Source of the DNA: Callorhinchus milii
Lineage: Eukaryota
DNA: 64,000 nt
NCBI RefSeq assembly: GCF_018977255.1
Contig: NW_024704772.1
Location: 1,178,001 to 1,242,000, forward strand
Direction of reading: 5' to 3'
The notes beneath the pieces are model-generated. The model was not told the DNA's origin, made no database searches, and saw only the letters and a program-made list of their open reading frames with translations. A program made the translations under genes and the position numbers. Each line of letters opens with the position of its first letter. Within the stretch, counting starts at the first letter, position 1. Below, in pieces: positions 1-12,100 of this stretch.

Positions 1-441
1 TTAAGGTGGAATTTAATGACAGATAGAGAGTGTGCTGGAAAGGAACATGGGAGGCGGGGGAGGGGAGCCAATCGGAGGGATAGAGGAAGAGGAGGAGGAA
101 TAGGGTGGCGAGAAAGAGCGATGAGGGGGAAGGCAAGACGGAGGGATGAGGGGCTGTCCTGTGTCACTGGCCGCACTCTGAACATTAAAGGTTTCGCCCA
201 CAAATATACAGTCAATTCACTTTACAGCATATTCTGTGAAGCGCTTTGAGACGTCAAGAAGACGTGAAAAGCGCTATATCAAATGCGCGGATTGTTATTA
301 TTATGTTATATTAATCTAATACTGGGGATATGTTGACATAGTTCTGAACGTTACACGCCCCCACACATACATGATTGCAGATGTGCCCACTGTGAGTTCG
401 ATGGCCCAGTCCTTTCGATGTCACTATCACGTCACTGATAC

Positions 442-3400
442 CTTTGTCTGGGGTTCCTGGAACCAGCATGGGAATCTCTTCCATGATGCCCTCCATCTCG
501 TCCACCTTCAGGTCCTCCCCAATCAGAATGAGTGCTTCCATACTCCCCACATCAAATGTTTCAAACGTTGGCATCGATAGCATCTCTTCCTGGTCAGTGT
601 GAGAAGGCTAATGGGACAGAAACACAGAGAGAGAGAGAGAGAGAGGAAGGGAGGGGCACAGACATAGACCAAGAGGGAAACAGACAGATAGGGGGACAGA
701 CAGAGAGAGGCAGAGAGGAACAGAGAGAGAGAGAAGGGGGTAACAAAGGCAAATATGTGGTACATGTGATAACAGAGACTCGCCTACTAGACAAACACAG
801 CACCAAAACAGACCCCTCCTCATCCCCTCTCCCTATCCCACCTTTCTGCTCCTCCATCTCTTAAGTGTCATTGATGTTGTCTCCTGGGAGAGGAGCTGAG
901 GGGAGAAGTGAACAGTGGTCCATACCCCCAGCGTGAGTTAGAGTCATCAGGTGTGGTGGGGGATAAAGACCCCAAATTATTCCCTGTGTCAAGTCTGGGT
1001 TGGTCAGAGACACACAAGAGTTCTCTCCACAAATCACTCAAAAAGTCACAATCTGCTGTACTCACTTCATCCCCGGTCTCAGCCGTCTGTGCCTCTTCCA
1101 CCGCTCCTTTGGTTTGAAAGAGAAAAAAAGTCAGTGTTACTGAGCTTTAAACCTCAACTTAACTTCATGTTTGCAATGTTAGATTCGATTAGAGAGACAA
1201 GAAAAAGATAAACTACAGTTTTTTGTGTTTGTGGGGGGGGGTGGGGGGGAGGGTTGGGGGGAACAAAAAATCCTCCTCCCCCCACTTCCCTTCCAGCTCA
1301 GTACCCAGACACTTCCCCCCCAAACCCCCACACTCCCACCCTACACACAGACACACACACTGGCTTTTACACACTCGCTCTCACACAGAAACAGTCACAT
1401 ACACTCACTCAAACAAGTGGCCATTGTTTTTTCTTGGGGAGGATTCCCAGGCAGAGCAAAACCTTAGGCAAGTTTCCTTACTCCACAGGGGTTATAACAT
1501 CTCCCCACTCGAAAATGGTCATGACTGTTTGTGGGGGCGCTGCTTGTGCGCAATTGACTGCCACGTGTCTCCCACAAAATATCCAGTCAAATCACTTTAC
1601 ATATTGTGAAGCGCTTTGCGACCCCTCGACAGCGTGATAAGGCGCTGTAGCAAATGCAATGGTCATTATCATTGAGTGATAAGGTCCTGCAGAAATATTG
1701 AAAAGTAGTTGACCTTAAACTAGAAGTTCTTTTTTTGGAAGAGAGGTGGGAAAATTGTTATTATTATTACCTGTGATTGTGACTGAAGGGGCCGACTCCT
1801 TGGGTGACAATTTGCTCATTTCTGCGTCGATCTCGTCGACTTCCTTCTTCTCCTTCGCTTCTTCGGGTACTTCTTGAGCATCGGTTGGGGGAGGTTCTGT
1901 CCCGGTATCTTCAGGGACATCGTGAGGGACTTCTTGAGGTTCACCCTGAGCGGTTCTAGAGCAACATCCTGAGGAGTTTCTTGAGCAATATCCTGAGCAG
2001 GTTCTTCAGCAATATCCTGAGGAGCCTCTTGAGGTGCCTCTTGAGGAGCCTCTTGAGGAGCAGATTCTTGCAAAGTTTCTTGAGGGGATTCAGGTTGCTC
2101 CTGTTTCCCTTCAGCCTGGACTCCGTCCTGTTCCTCTCCGGTTGTTTCTGGAGATCCAACTGTCACTGGAGCTAGGCAGACAAATGGAGCAGTTACTTTC
2201 TCTCGTGTGGGGCTCACAACTACCTGAATACCTCTGCCACCGTGTGGGTCAAACACTGCCATCTGGTCACACCATTGTCAAGGCTCAGTCACTAGCACTC
2301 TCGCCTCTGGGGCAGACATTTGTGGGTTTAAGCCCCCATGTTTGGGGACTTTGAGCTCACAGTCTGGGCTGACTCTCAGCATCGTGCGTGAGGGGCACTG
2401 TGTAAATGCAAGTTTTTGTTGTCTGTGTGAACCTTTGTGAAGTGCAGTCCAGAGTCAAAATGGCCAACGGTCTGAAAGTTAGGAATCCCCTGTGCCTCAC
2501 TTCCAGACTTTCCTCTCCTCTCTGAGATACATTGCTACATTCACACATTCCTCTCCTTCCTCCCATCACCTTGTTCGTCCGGCACAGCTGCTCCCTCCGC
2601 CTCCACCTTCACTTCCGCCTCCACCTTCACTTCCGCCTCCACCTCTTCCTCCCTCGGCTGTTCGGAGGCCTCCTCGGGAGACTTTGGTATTCCCTCATCA
2701 GCATCTTGGGTCACATTTGGTTCAGTGCTGTCTGCTGTGAAGAAAAATGTCTTTGTTAATCTCCCCTCCCCTCGGGCACTGGTCAGAGGGCCACATGGAG
2801 AACAAGCCCCTCCAGGCTGTGCTCCCCTCTCGATGCAAAGGCCTTTCTGGACACCACACGCCATGTTTTACTGCGCCAGTTATCGCCAGTTTACAGTTGC
2901 ACAAAGCTCCTGCTTATCCCTCCCGCCCTCCTCTCCACGCCCGAAGCTTTGGCACTCTCTCCTTCCCCTCATTTAGATCACGACTGAAGACCTTTCTCAT
3001 CGACCGGGCGTACGGTCACCTCCTCCCTACCACCGGCTCGCCGTCAGTCTCCGCCCCACCCCCGTTAAGCTCTCCGAGCCTCTGCCCTGCGTGAGGGCAC
3101 TGTATAAATGCAAGTTGTTGTTGATAACAATGTCCGGTGAGGTGTAATGGCCCGCGGTTGCCACAGGGTGGCGCCACAAACTCACGGCTGGAATGTCCGA
3201 GCCGGACGAACACCGGGAATTTTTACCGGACAGCGCTCTCAATGGCCGAGCTGTGTGGTGTGGCTTTAGCCGGTTAGACTCCAGCAGGTACCCCCAACGC
3301 ACACTCCGGGCTCCCCCCCACCCAAGCCTCGGCTCTCGTCAACCTGCGCCTAATACTTTCAGGAATTAGGTGAGCGGGTGGTGGTGGTGGGGGGGGGGGG

Positions 3401-3966
3401 TTCCTCCGGAGAGAGAGAGCGTATTCCATTCCAACAATCTGTCTCTGGGATTTCCGCGTGTAGGTGGGAGGCCGGGAATTCTCAGCCTGGTTTGGAGACT
3501 CTTGAGGCATCAGCGATGGGTTTCCGCGCGGCTGCGGCTGACCCCAACCCCCCCCCCCCCCAAAAAAAACAGACGCAGACGGTCACTCACGATTCTCGGA
3601 GGGTTTGGAAAGACCGGACTGCGACACCTAATAAGACATAAAGGCAGAATGACACTGACCGCTCCCTCCGCCACGCACCGTCCTGCTTCACGTCCCCCTC
3701 CCCATCCGCCCCACCACCGGCGGGGCAGCCTGTCAGCCATCCCAACCCGGGCTCTGGAGCTCCATCCCAGAGTCCCTCCGACTCCCCCCCCCCCCCCCCC
3801 CCCCCTCCGCTCCCCCCACTATCACAGCCCCTTTAAGACTTATCCCCGTCTGACCCTCAGTCATCATTTCCTCCCTCTCCCCCCGTAGAGTGCGTGTGTG
3901 TCACAGACAGACAGAGACAGACAGTGAGACAGAAGTTGGGACATTCACCTTCTTCTTCTTCGCCAT
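442..3966 (-). CDS. Unidentified multi-exon gene, 5' part; acidic Glu/Pro/Gln-rich N-terminus; continues off the left edge
   Basis: Phase-compatible GT-AG exons: 2570-2734 (ADSTEPNVTQDADEG...), 1771-2171 (APVTVGSPETT...PQEAPQEAPQD...; 401 nt, one base short of frame), 1066-1106 (GAVEEAQTAETGDE) and 442-589 (EEMLSMPTFETFDVGSMEALILIGEDLKVDEMEG...). Putative first exon 3949-3966 (MAKKKK) ends in phase 0 while the next exon needs phase 1, so the start is tentative. Confidence 0.6.
2880..3125 (+). mobile_element. L2-type LINE 3' fragment
   Basis: Degenerate '...LKTFL' ORF2 end followed by the tail gcactgtataaatgcaagttgttgttg. Confidence 0.55.
3250..3525. repeat. Unclassified interspersed repeat, about 270 bp (copy 1)
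   Basis: Shares ggttagactccagcag...aacctgcgcctaatac...ggaattaggt...gtaggtgggaggccgggaattctcagcctggtttggagactc with ~20290-20545, ~30825-31075 and ~48620-48850. Confidence 0.7.
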
Positions 3967-3978
3967 CTTGTTGTCCTC

Positions 3979-3992
3979 GTTACCATGGAGTC
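3979..3992. promoter_or_regulatory. RFX X-box-like palindrome next to a YY1-like AAGATGGCG start context
   Basis: GTTACCATGGAGTC compared with X-box consensus GTTRCCATGGYAAC; about 13 nt upstream of the putative ATG at 3966. Confidence 0.4.
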
Positions 3993-4720
3993 TGTGCTGC
4001 TCCCGTCACCGTGTTCCACCACTCCAGTTAAAGGGCCATTCCCCTTTCTGCAGACAACCTCCCCCCTCCCCTCCTCACGGCAGTCGGGTTACCTTTGTAT
4101 TTAAAGTCCCCCTCACCCCCCCCCCCACCCCTCCCCGCGCCCCCACCTTACTGCAGGCAGGTACTTTGAATTTATTATTTATTATTACTAATTAAATGAT
4201 CGCTTTCCAGGGGTAATCCCTCCAAATTAATAATCCGGTCACTCAAATCCACGGCTGTTTGTGGGGAACGCTGCTGTGCGCAATGGGCTGCCGCGTTTCA
4301 CCCACAAAATACAGTTGATTCACTTTACAGTATAGTCTGTGAAACATTTTGAGACGTCGCAAAGATGTGATAAGGCGCTCTTATCAAATGCCAGGATTAT
4401 TATTATTATTATTATTATTAACAACCGGGTACCTACTTATTATTAGGTAAACAGAGGCACGTGGAGTGTGTGCCCTGTGACAGTTACGTTTGACTTGGAG
4501 CGAAGTGAGGGTTCATTTACATTTACATTACATAAATTTTCTCCAATTTTTTTTTACAGAATCCATTTATGTGGTTTCGTTGCTACAAACAGACCTCAGC
4601 AAACATTGATCGCAAGATTTTCTCATCTCACCCGGCAAAGGTCAACAATGAAGGTAAACTAACTTACAATCATGGGAATTAATTACAAGACACAAACGCA
4701 TGTAAAAAGCACAACAGTAT

Positions 4721-4726
4721 TTTATT
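4721..4726 (-). terminator. Probable WBP11 polyadenylation signal AATAAA
   Basis: tttatt on the + strand about 510 nt downstream of the WBP11 stop codon. Confidence 0.5.
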
Positions 4727-5233
4727 AACATGGACAATGCAAATCATTATAACGGGTTTTCAAATGATTATAAGACCGGTACTAAAATTTACTAGTTACT
4801 GATCCAGTCTGTTGAGGCCAATGGATCTATTGATTGATGCAGAATATTACTCAAATCCCGAACACTTTTCCCTCTCTCTTTCTCCACAAAATGACGACTT
4901 TGTTTTAAAATAAAGAGGGCTATATAGTGTGCAACTCCCAACGAACGTGTCCAAGGTTGTGGAAACTCGAAGATGAAGAGAGAGTGCAGCAGGAGGGGGG
5001 GAGGGAGGGTGGGGGAGGGGGGGGGAAAGGAGGGGAAGGATTGGTCTGGTCTCAGATACACTTTTTGTCCACGCCAGCTCAGTGCACAAGTGCTGCCACC
5101 CGAGTGCGGGTCAGTCCACTGTGTACTGAGAACTGGGTTTGAAAGGAACACGGGACAAACACAGGAGCGGACAAGTGTGTAAATCTCAGAACACCGAGCC
5201 ACAGCGGGAGGTCAGAGACGAGCAGTGGGCCGG

Positions 5234-6073
5234 TTACAAGAGCCCCTCCATCTCCTTCATAAAACTCTCGTAAATATCGTCCTTGGTTTGGATGGAGACG
5301 GGGGGAGGTTTGGACACGGGTTTCAGGGGGACGACCATCTCCTCTTCTCCCTTCTTGACCGGTGCCTGTCCCTTGCTCTCCCGCTTGACCCTCAGGGCGG
5401 TGGGCACAAAGCGGGTGATCTCGGCTTTGGGGTTGGTGATCTGGGGCTTGGCGCTGATGGTGGCCGTGGCTTTCTTCTCGATGGTGGCCACGTGCTCGTC
5501 CAGCTTTGGCCGCTGGATCAGACTGGGGGGCGCACTGAGCACGCCCGGGTTTGGTATGGGGGCGGGGGGGAACAGCCCCGGGGGGGCCGGGCCCAACGGA
5601 GGTGGCGGCCGCATCATACCAGGCCGAGGTGGGGGGATACCTACAGGGAGAGAGAAGGGTCATTTCAGAGAAGGGGGATTGTAGAACACTGATCGGGTGG
5701 GAGAGAGAGAGAGAGACACACACACACACACGCAGTCACAGAGAGAGAGAGACACACATAGAGACAGACAGACCGACGGGAGATGGAGACAGAGAGAAGA
5801 GAGGAAAGAAAAAGAAAGAGAAACCGATAGACAGGATAAAGGAAGAGACTGACAACCAATAAGCCTGATAGCAGAGCTGGGATCTTACCTGGGGGTGCTG
5901 GGGGTGGGAGCCTGGGTGGTGGGCCGCGAGGTGGGGGGCCTGGGGGAAGGCCTGGTGGGGGTCCGGGTGGGGGTCCGGGGGGGCGGCCAGGTGGGGGGCC
6001 GGGAGGGAGGAGCCGGGGCATTGGCCCCCTGATCCCAGGCATTCCTGGTGGCCGGATGAAGGGAGGAGCACCT

Positions 6074-6108
<35 letters not shown>

Positions 6109-9100
6109 ACATCAGTTTAGAGAGAAGCAAACATCACATAATACAACCAACACCACAGGCGACAGAATAATAATCCTCACATTTGATACAGCGCCGTATC
6201 CTGTCTTCGAGACGTCTCAAAGAGCTTCACAGGATACACGTCACAGAAGATATCACGCGTGAAGGGCACTGTATAAATTAATGTTATGGTGTGTGTATGG
6301 GGGGGTGGGGGGGAAGGATCTGGGTCTGATGGTGGAACCTACACAGTATTCTGTTCGGAGTTGCTAACCTGGTGGTGGTCCGGGGGGCAGACCGGACGGG
6401 GGTCCTGGAGGTCTCAGTGGAGGAGCGGGTGGGGGTCCCAGTGGTGGGGGGCCGGACATCGGTGGTACTTGCATCGGGCCCCGAGGTGGCATCTGGGTTG
6501 GCGGGGGCATCAGGATGCCATCCGGCCGCGACTCCTCCCCCCGCCGTTTCATTTCGTCCCCGTCCATCTTTCCATCATCCCCCTCTTGATTGCCATCTTC
6601 CTCCTCATCCTCCTCCTCCTCAGGGATCTCCTGTCCTGTAGGGAGACAAGTCGGTTTGTGTTATTCCCTAACACAGGATGTCCTTAATAATAAGAATAAT
6701 TATCCTTGCATTTAATACAGTGCTTTACCACGTCATCGAGACATCTCACAGTGCTTCAAAGGATTTATTGGAATGTGTAGTGACTGTGTATTTTGTGGGC
6801 GAGCTGGGCAGGGAGTTTGCACACAGCCGCATCCCCACAAACAGCTGCAGAGGGAATGAGTGATTGTATCGGTGGGATTGTGTTGTGCAGACAGGAAGCA
6901 GGAGAGAACTGCCTTCTCTTTACCAACAGCGCCTTTTAATGGGATCTTTTAATGTCCCCCGAACAGTACAGACAGGAACTTGGTGCTTGCGCTGTATTGG
7001 AGCATCAGTCTGGGCTGTGAGTTCAAAGTCCCAACAATCCTCTGACCGACTGAGCCACAGGCCGACACCTTAGCCAATGTCCTTCAGATCCCCTCGGTCA
7101 CTTGTCACCAGTTCTATACCGTGTGAAGTCTCACAGCATCCATCACTCACCCGCCATCCGGAGCATCATGGCTTGCAGTGGCGTTATCTCCTTGAGGTTT
7201 TTCTTCTTCCTGTACTTGTCCTGCATGTCTGCGAACCGCACTATCCGCCCTGGGGAAGGACCACAATATCGATCACAACACAGGCATCAGGCAAACCGAC
7301 ACAGGCAACAAACCACAGGCAACAAGCCACCAGCAAAGACGAACACACCTCGACCACGCTCTCCTGTCACCTCTCAGCTGGGAGAACGCTTTGTTTTGCA
7401 GGTCAGGAAGAATTTATCTAATTACTCCACCCACTAACGGCGCTCACAGTATTTGAATCCATAACCTTCTGAGCTACAGACGCGAGTTCTGGCTGCTGAG
7501 ACAGAATATGGGGAGTGTTGAGGGTGTGATTTGCGTCCAACTTGCGTTGCTGACAGTCGTTCACACGGGACTATGTTGCTTATAAGGTCAGGGCAGCTGT
7601 GGACATGATTCCACATTACTCCATCCATGCTGTGCCCTGATAGCAAACAATGTTGGTGTTTCACTGCAAACTACTGTACTGGCTGTAAAGCTGCCCTTAC
7701 CCTGGGACAAGTGTACAGTGTCTGTACCACACACCTGGCTTATCATCTTCCTTCCTGATGCTGTCATCATCTTCATCGCGGTGTCGGAAATCATCCTCGT
7801 CGTCATCCTCGCTGTCTCTGTCCTTCCCGTCCTCACTGTCATCGTCCCGCTCCTCCTCCCCGCCCTGCTCCATGTCCTCAGGATAATCCTCGTCCCCACT
7901 CAGCTCCTCCTCCTCGTCCTGCTGCATGTCCTGGATAGCTGTGGGCAGAGAAAGGTGGGGGTTATCAGCCTGGCATAGAGAGCGAGGGTGTTAATCTGGC
8001 ACAGAGAGAGAGAGAGCATCAGCCTGATATGGAAAGAGAGAGGGTTAGCCTGGCATAGAGAGATAGACCATTAGGCTGGATGGAGGAGGCATAGAGAGAG
8101 AGTCAGCTTGGCATAGAGGGGGCATAGAGAGAGAGAGAGCGTTTTATCCTAGCAGGGGGCAAACTCTTATGTTGTTATGTCTCTCTGTCTCTTTACGTGC
8201 CCTCTTACCCGTTTCAGGATCGTAAACGTTGTCTTCGTCCAGGCCCCTCAGACACATGCCGGGCGGGGGTCCCAGGCGCCGGGCATACATGGCCAACACC
8301 TGGGGTGGGGGGGGCCCAGGGGGTGGGCCGGGCGGCTTCTTGCCGGGGGGTAACCGTGGGACTCCATGGAAAGGGGGGGGCATGAGCATGACCGGTTTTG
8401 AGGCGGGGCTGCAAGAGAAAGATAACAATCATTAGGAATATATATTAAAAACTCTATGGCTTGTCGACAGCAACAACAAACAACAAATTACATGTACGCG
8501 GTGCCTTTCACGTCGGGAGGACGTCCCAAGTTTGCTGCACAAGTTTGAACCCGAGCTGGTGGTTGGGATCAGGAGGGCAGTGAGGGGGGATGGGGATAGG
8601 AGGGTGGCTGAAGGAGGCGAGGGAGGGAGCGAGGCCAAGGAAATGTGGGATGGAGTTCCAAAGAGTGGGAGCAGAGAAACTGAAGGACCACCGAGGGTGT
8701 GGCGGGGCAGGCGGGGGACGTGGAGCAGGCCGGATCCTGCTGACCGGAGGGAGCGGACAGATTGATATGGTCGACAAAATAAGCACCGAAACCGAGCGGA
8801 ACCCAACCCCAAAAGACCCACGACAGCCACAGAACCAACAAGCACACCTCAACCACACAAAATCCATCTCAAACGGCCGCTGCTCACCCGTACGCTGAAG
8901 TCTTCTTCAGTATAGACGGAGGCTGAGCTCCTGGGAGAGGGATGTCCTGGATCATGATGTTGGATGGTGCGTGAGGCATGTCAGGCAGAGGAATGCTCTC
9001 CACCTCCACGTGCTGGGCGTTCTACACACAGGACAGGAGGGAAAGTTACTACTACACTGACAAAAACTTGCATGTGATATAGCATCTTATCACGTCTTCG

Positions 9101-12100
9101 AGACGTCTCAAAGCGCTTCACAGAATATACCGTGAAGTGAATTGACTGTATATTTTTATGGGTGAAACGCGGCAGCTGATTGCGCACAGCAGGATCCCAC
9201 AAACAGTCGTGGATTGAGTGACCACACATTTTTTTGGAAGGGATTTTTACCCTCAGAAAAGCCAATCGACTAACAACCGGGTTCCTACTTATTCCTCTGT
9301 AAACAGAGACGTGTGTGTGGAGTAAGGAAACTTGCCTGGGAATTGAACCCAGGTCCTCTCACTTGCAAGGTGAGTGATCTAACCACTGAGCTACAGGATT
9401 CCATGACCAAAACTCACCACCTTCGGGGAGGAGTTAAATGAAGCAGGACCGACACGATTGACTGCTCACCTTGACAGCGTCAAAAAACTGGCAGAGTTGG
9501 GATCGTTTCTGCTCGTATTCCGTCTCGAGTTTCCTCAACTCCTTGTAGAAATCCGGGTTTTCCTTCTCGTACAGCCGCAGGATCCGCTCAAACGTCTCGC
9601 GCAGTTTTTTCCGCTTGTCCTTCAGCACCTTCTCGTTCAGCTGGGGCTGCTGCACGGGATTAAACTCTGTGCGAGGACAGTAAACACAAGCTCATAACTA
9701 GGATCAAAGGCACGGTGAAGAGCACTGGAAGCACTCAACAACAACGCATTACATTTACAGTGCCCTTCCACATCCCAAAGCGATGGACAGTCAGGGATTT
9801 GGACCCGAGCTGGGGGGTTGGGATCAGGAGGGGTGGGGGACAGGGAGAGTAAGGGGTAGGAGGGTGACCGAAGGTGCAGTTAAAGAGGGACTTGAGATGG
9901 CCTTGAAGAAAGCAAGGGAGGGAGCGAGGCAAAGGGACCGTGGGATGGAGTTCCAAAGGGTGGGGGCACTCAGACTTTCTGTATACATCACAAGATGGAC
10001 AACACCAACTCTGGGACAGTCAGATCATGGTCATGTGTATCCCTCTGGGGGTTACAAGCTTCTGATGTGTCTCTTTAGAAAGCCGCTACGAAGGTTTGTC
10101 CGGGAAAATTCCCACTCATTACCCATCTCATCCAGCTTCTCCATGTCTTTGATGATCTGTTTGGGATCCTTCATCTTCAGCACCGCGGCCCGCACCATCA
10201 TTCGCTGCTTCTTGTTCTGGAAAACGGTGGGAGACAGAACAACTCAGCAGCCGCTTCCGCCCGAGCCCTCCCTTCCCAGGACGTCCCGGTGTTAGAGACC
10301 CTCACCCATCGCATTGCATCGTCCGTATCTGTGCGGCTGCCAAAGTCACTCGTTTGCAACCAGGCTGGTCACACTGTCTACTGTCTGTAGGCAGTTTTTG
10401 TTTAACATCAGAGAATCAGCCCCAACAAACCACCAAATAAAAGGCCGGATGATATTAAAACCCTCCGGATTCATCTCTGCTGCACAGTATTTCTATGTGG
10501 AGTTGTTAAAAGATGTACATGAGATATGTGCAAGGCTCAGGAGTTTCGGGTCACTTGTGGTGAAGTGCATGATATGACACCCCATCACATCTGACACAGC
10601 GAGTGGATGGAGGAAGGTGTGAAGAAAGAAAATATTCTTTAGTTTAGATGCAAAACAAAACTACTTGGAAAAGTTGTCCCCACGACAAATGAGGTGTTAA
10701 ATAAGTTTGTATTTGGCTTCTCCCCTCCTCTCAGCACTCAGTCGATCTCTCATCTTCTGAACCATACAATCTATACAGCGCTTTCCCATCAGAAGGCATC
10801 TCAAACAGTTTACAACCGGAGTTACTGAACTAAGCTGACTGGTTCTGCAATTATTCTCTCCTCTTTGGTGCTGGCAGTCTGTGCAAGCACATCTCCGCCT
10901 GTCTGAACGGTGGCCTATATATCACCTTGGTCTCTGGTGCTCATTACGGAATCCTTCCAGCAGTTCTGGCTTTAGGTCTGGAGAAGTGGCAGACTCCGAG
11001 ACAGCAGTCTGCTGGAACAAATCTATAGCAAACCTCTACTGGTCGGAGCCAAGTCTACACACATCGCTCTGGTTCTGATTTAAAAGAGTTCCTGAGCCAT
11101 GCCCACATATCATGCACATCTTTAACAACTCGCAGGACTATCAGAGACCCTGCACAAGAAAGCGCCGGAAACGCCGTGCACACAAAGTCACTCTTTACAC
11201 CACGGAGCATGCTGCGACTGTCCTCACCTTCTTCAGCTCCCGTTTCCTGGCCTCCTTTCCTGTTGTAAAAGAAATCAATATCAAGCTCAGAAACTTGGAC
11301 CTCAAAACCCTCAATGGCACAAAGCTGCACTCACACCTTTAGGAAAGTCTACTGAGAATACAAGCATCCTCATTTTGGTCAGAGTTCCACCTATGTACGC
11401 CATCTGCACATGGACAGTATAATCGGGTCTGGAATGGCACACACACTTTCCCTACAATAATAATAATCCTTGCATTTGATGCAGCGCCTTATCACGTCTT
11501 TGAGACATCTCAAAGCGTTTCACAGAATATACTGTAAAGTGAATTGACTATATATTTTGTAGGCGAAAAGCGGCAGCCAATTGCTCTCAGCAGCGTCCCA
11601 CAACCAGTCGTGCATTGAATCCCAAATTACTATTGATTTTTAAATTTTATTTTGCAGGGGTTATTACCCCCGGAAAAGTGAAAACAGGTTCCTACTAACT
11701 GCTGGGTAAACAGAGGTCCTCTCGCTTGCGAGGCGAGTGCTCTACCCACAGGGCTCCACACACATCCCAGGATGAGAGGGATGTATTCTGTTTACTTAAT
11801 TCTGAGGACTGTCAGGCACAGGTTGGTGAGACCTGAGGCTCGGAGGAGTCCCAGAATCCGTGTTCAGGTGCTGCCGGAGTTGAAGCAGCTAAAACAGCAA
11901 CTTCTGTACTAACCCTCACTGGTTTCCCACACCTCAAATGCTTATTGTAAAACTAAATGCATCACATTTTCTTGGCCTGTGATCTCTGCCCTGACGCGGG
12001 GCTTGAACCCACGTCCCCGTGTCCCAGACGGTAACATTCTATCTGAACCAGTGACTGTCGTCAGCAGTGACCTCTGATGGCTTCCCCCCCCCCAGTTTAT

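Noticed and set aside
7701-7734. Alternative, stronger-looking WBP11 donor (gtaagg) at 7700
   Set aside because: It would shift the frame; the donor after 7735 keeps phase with the next exon.
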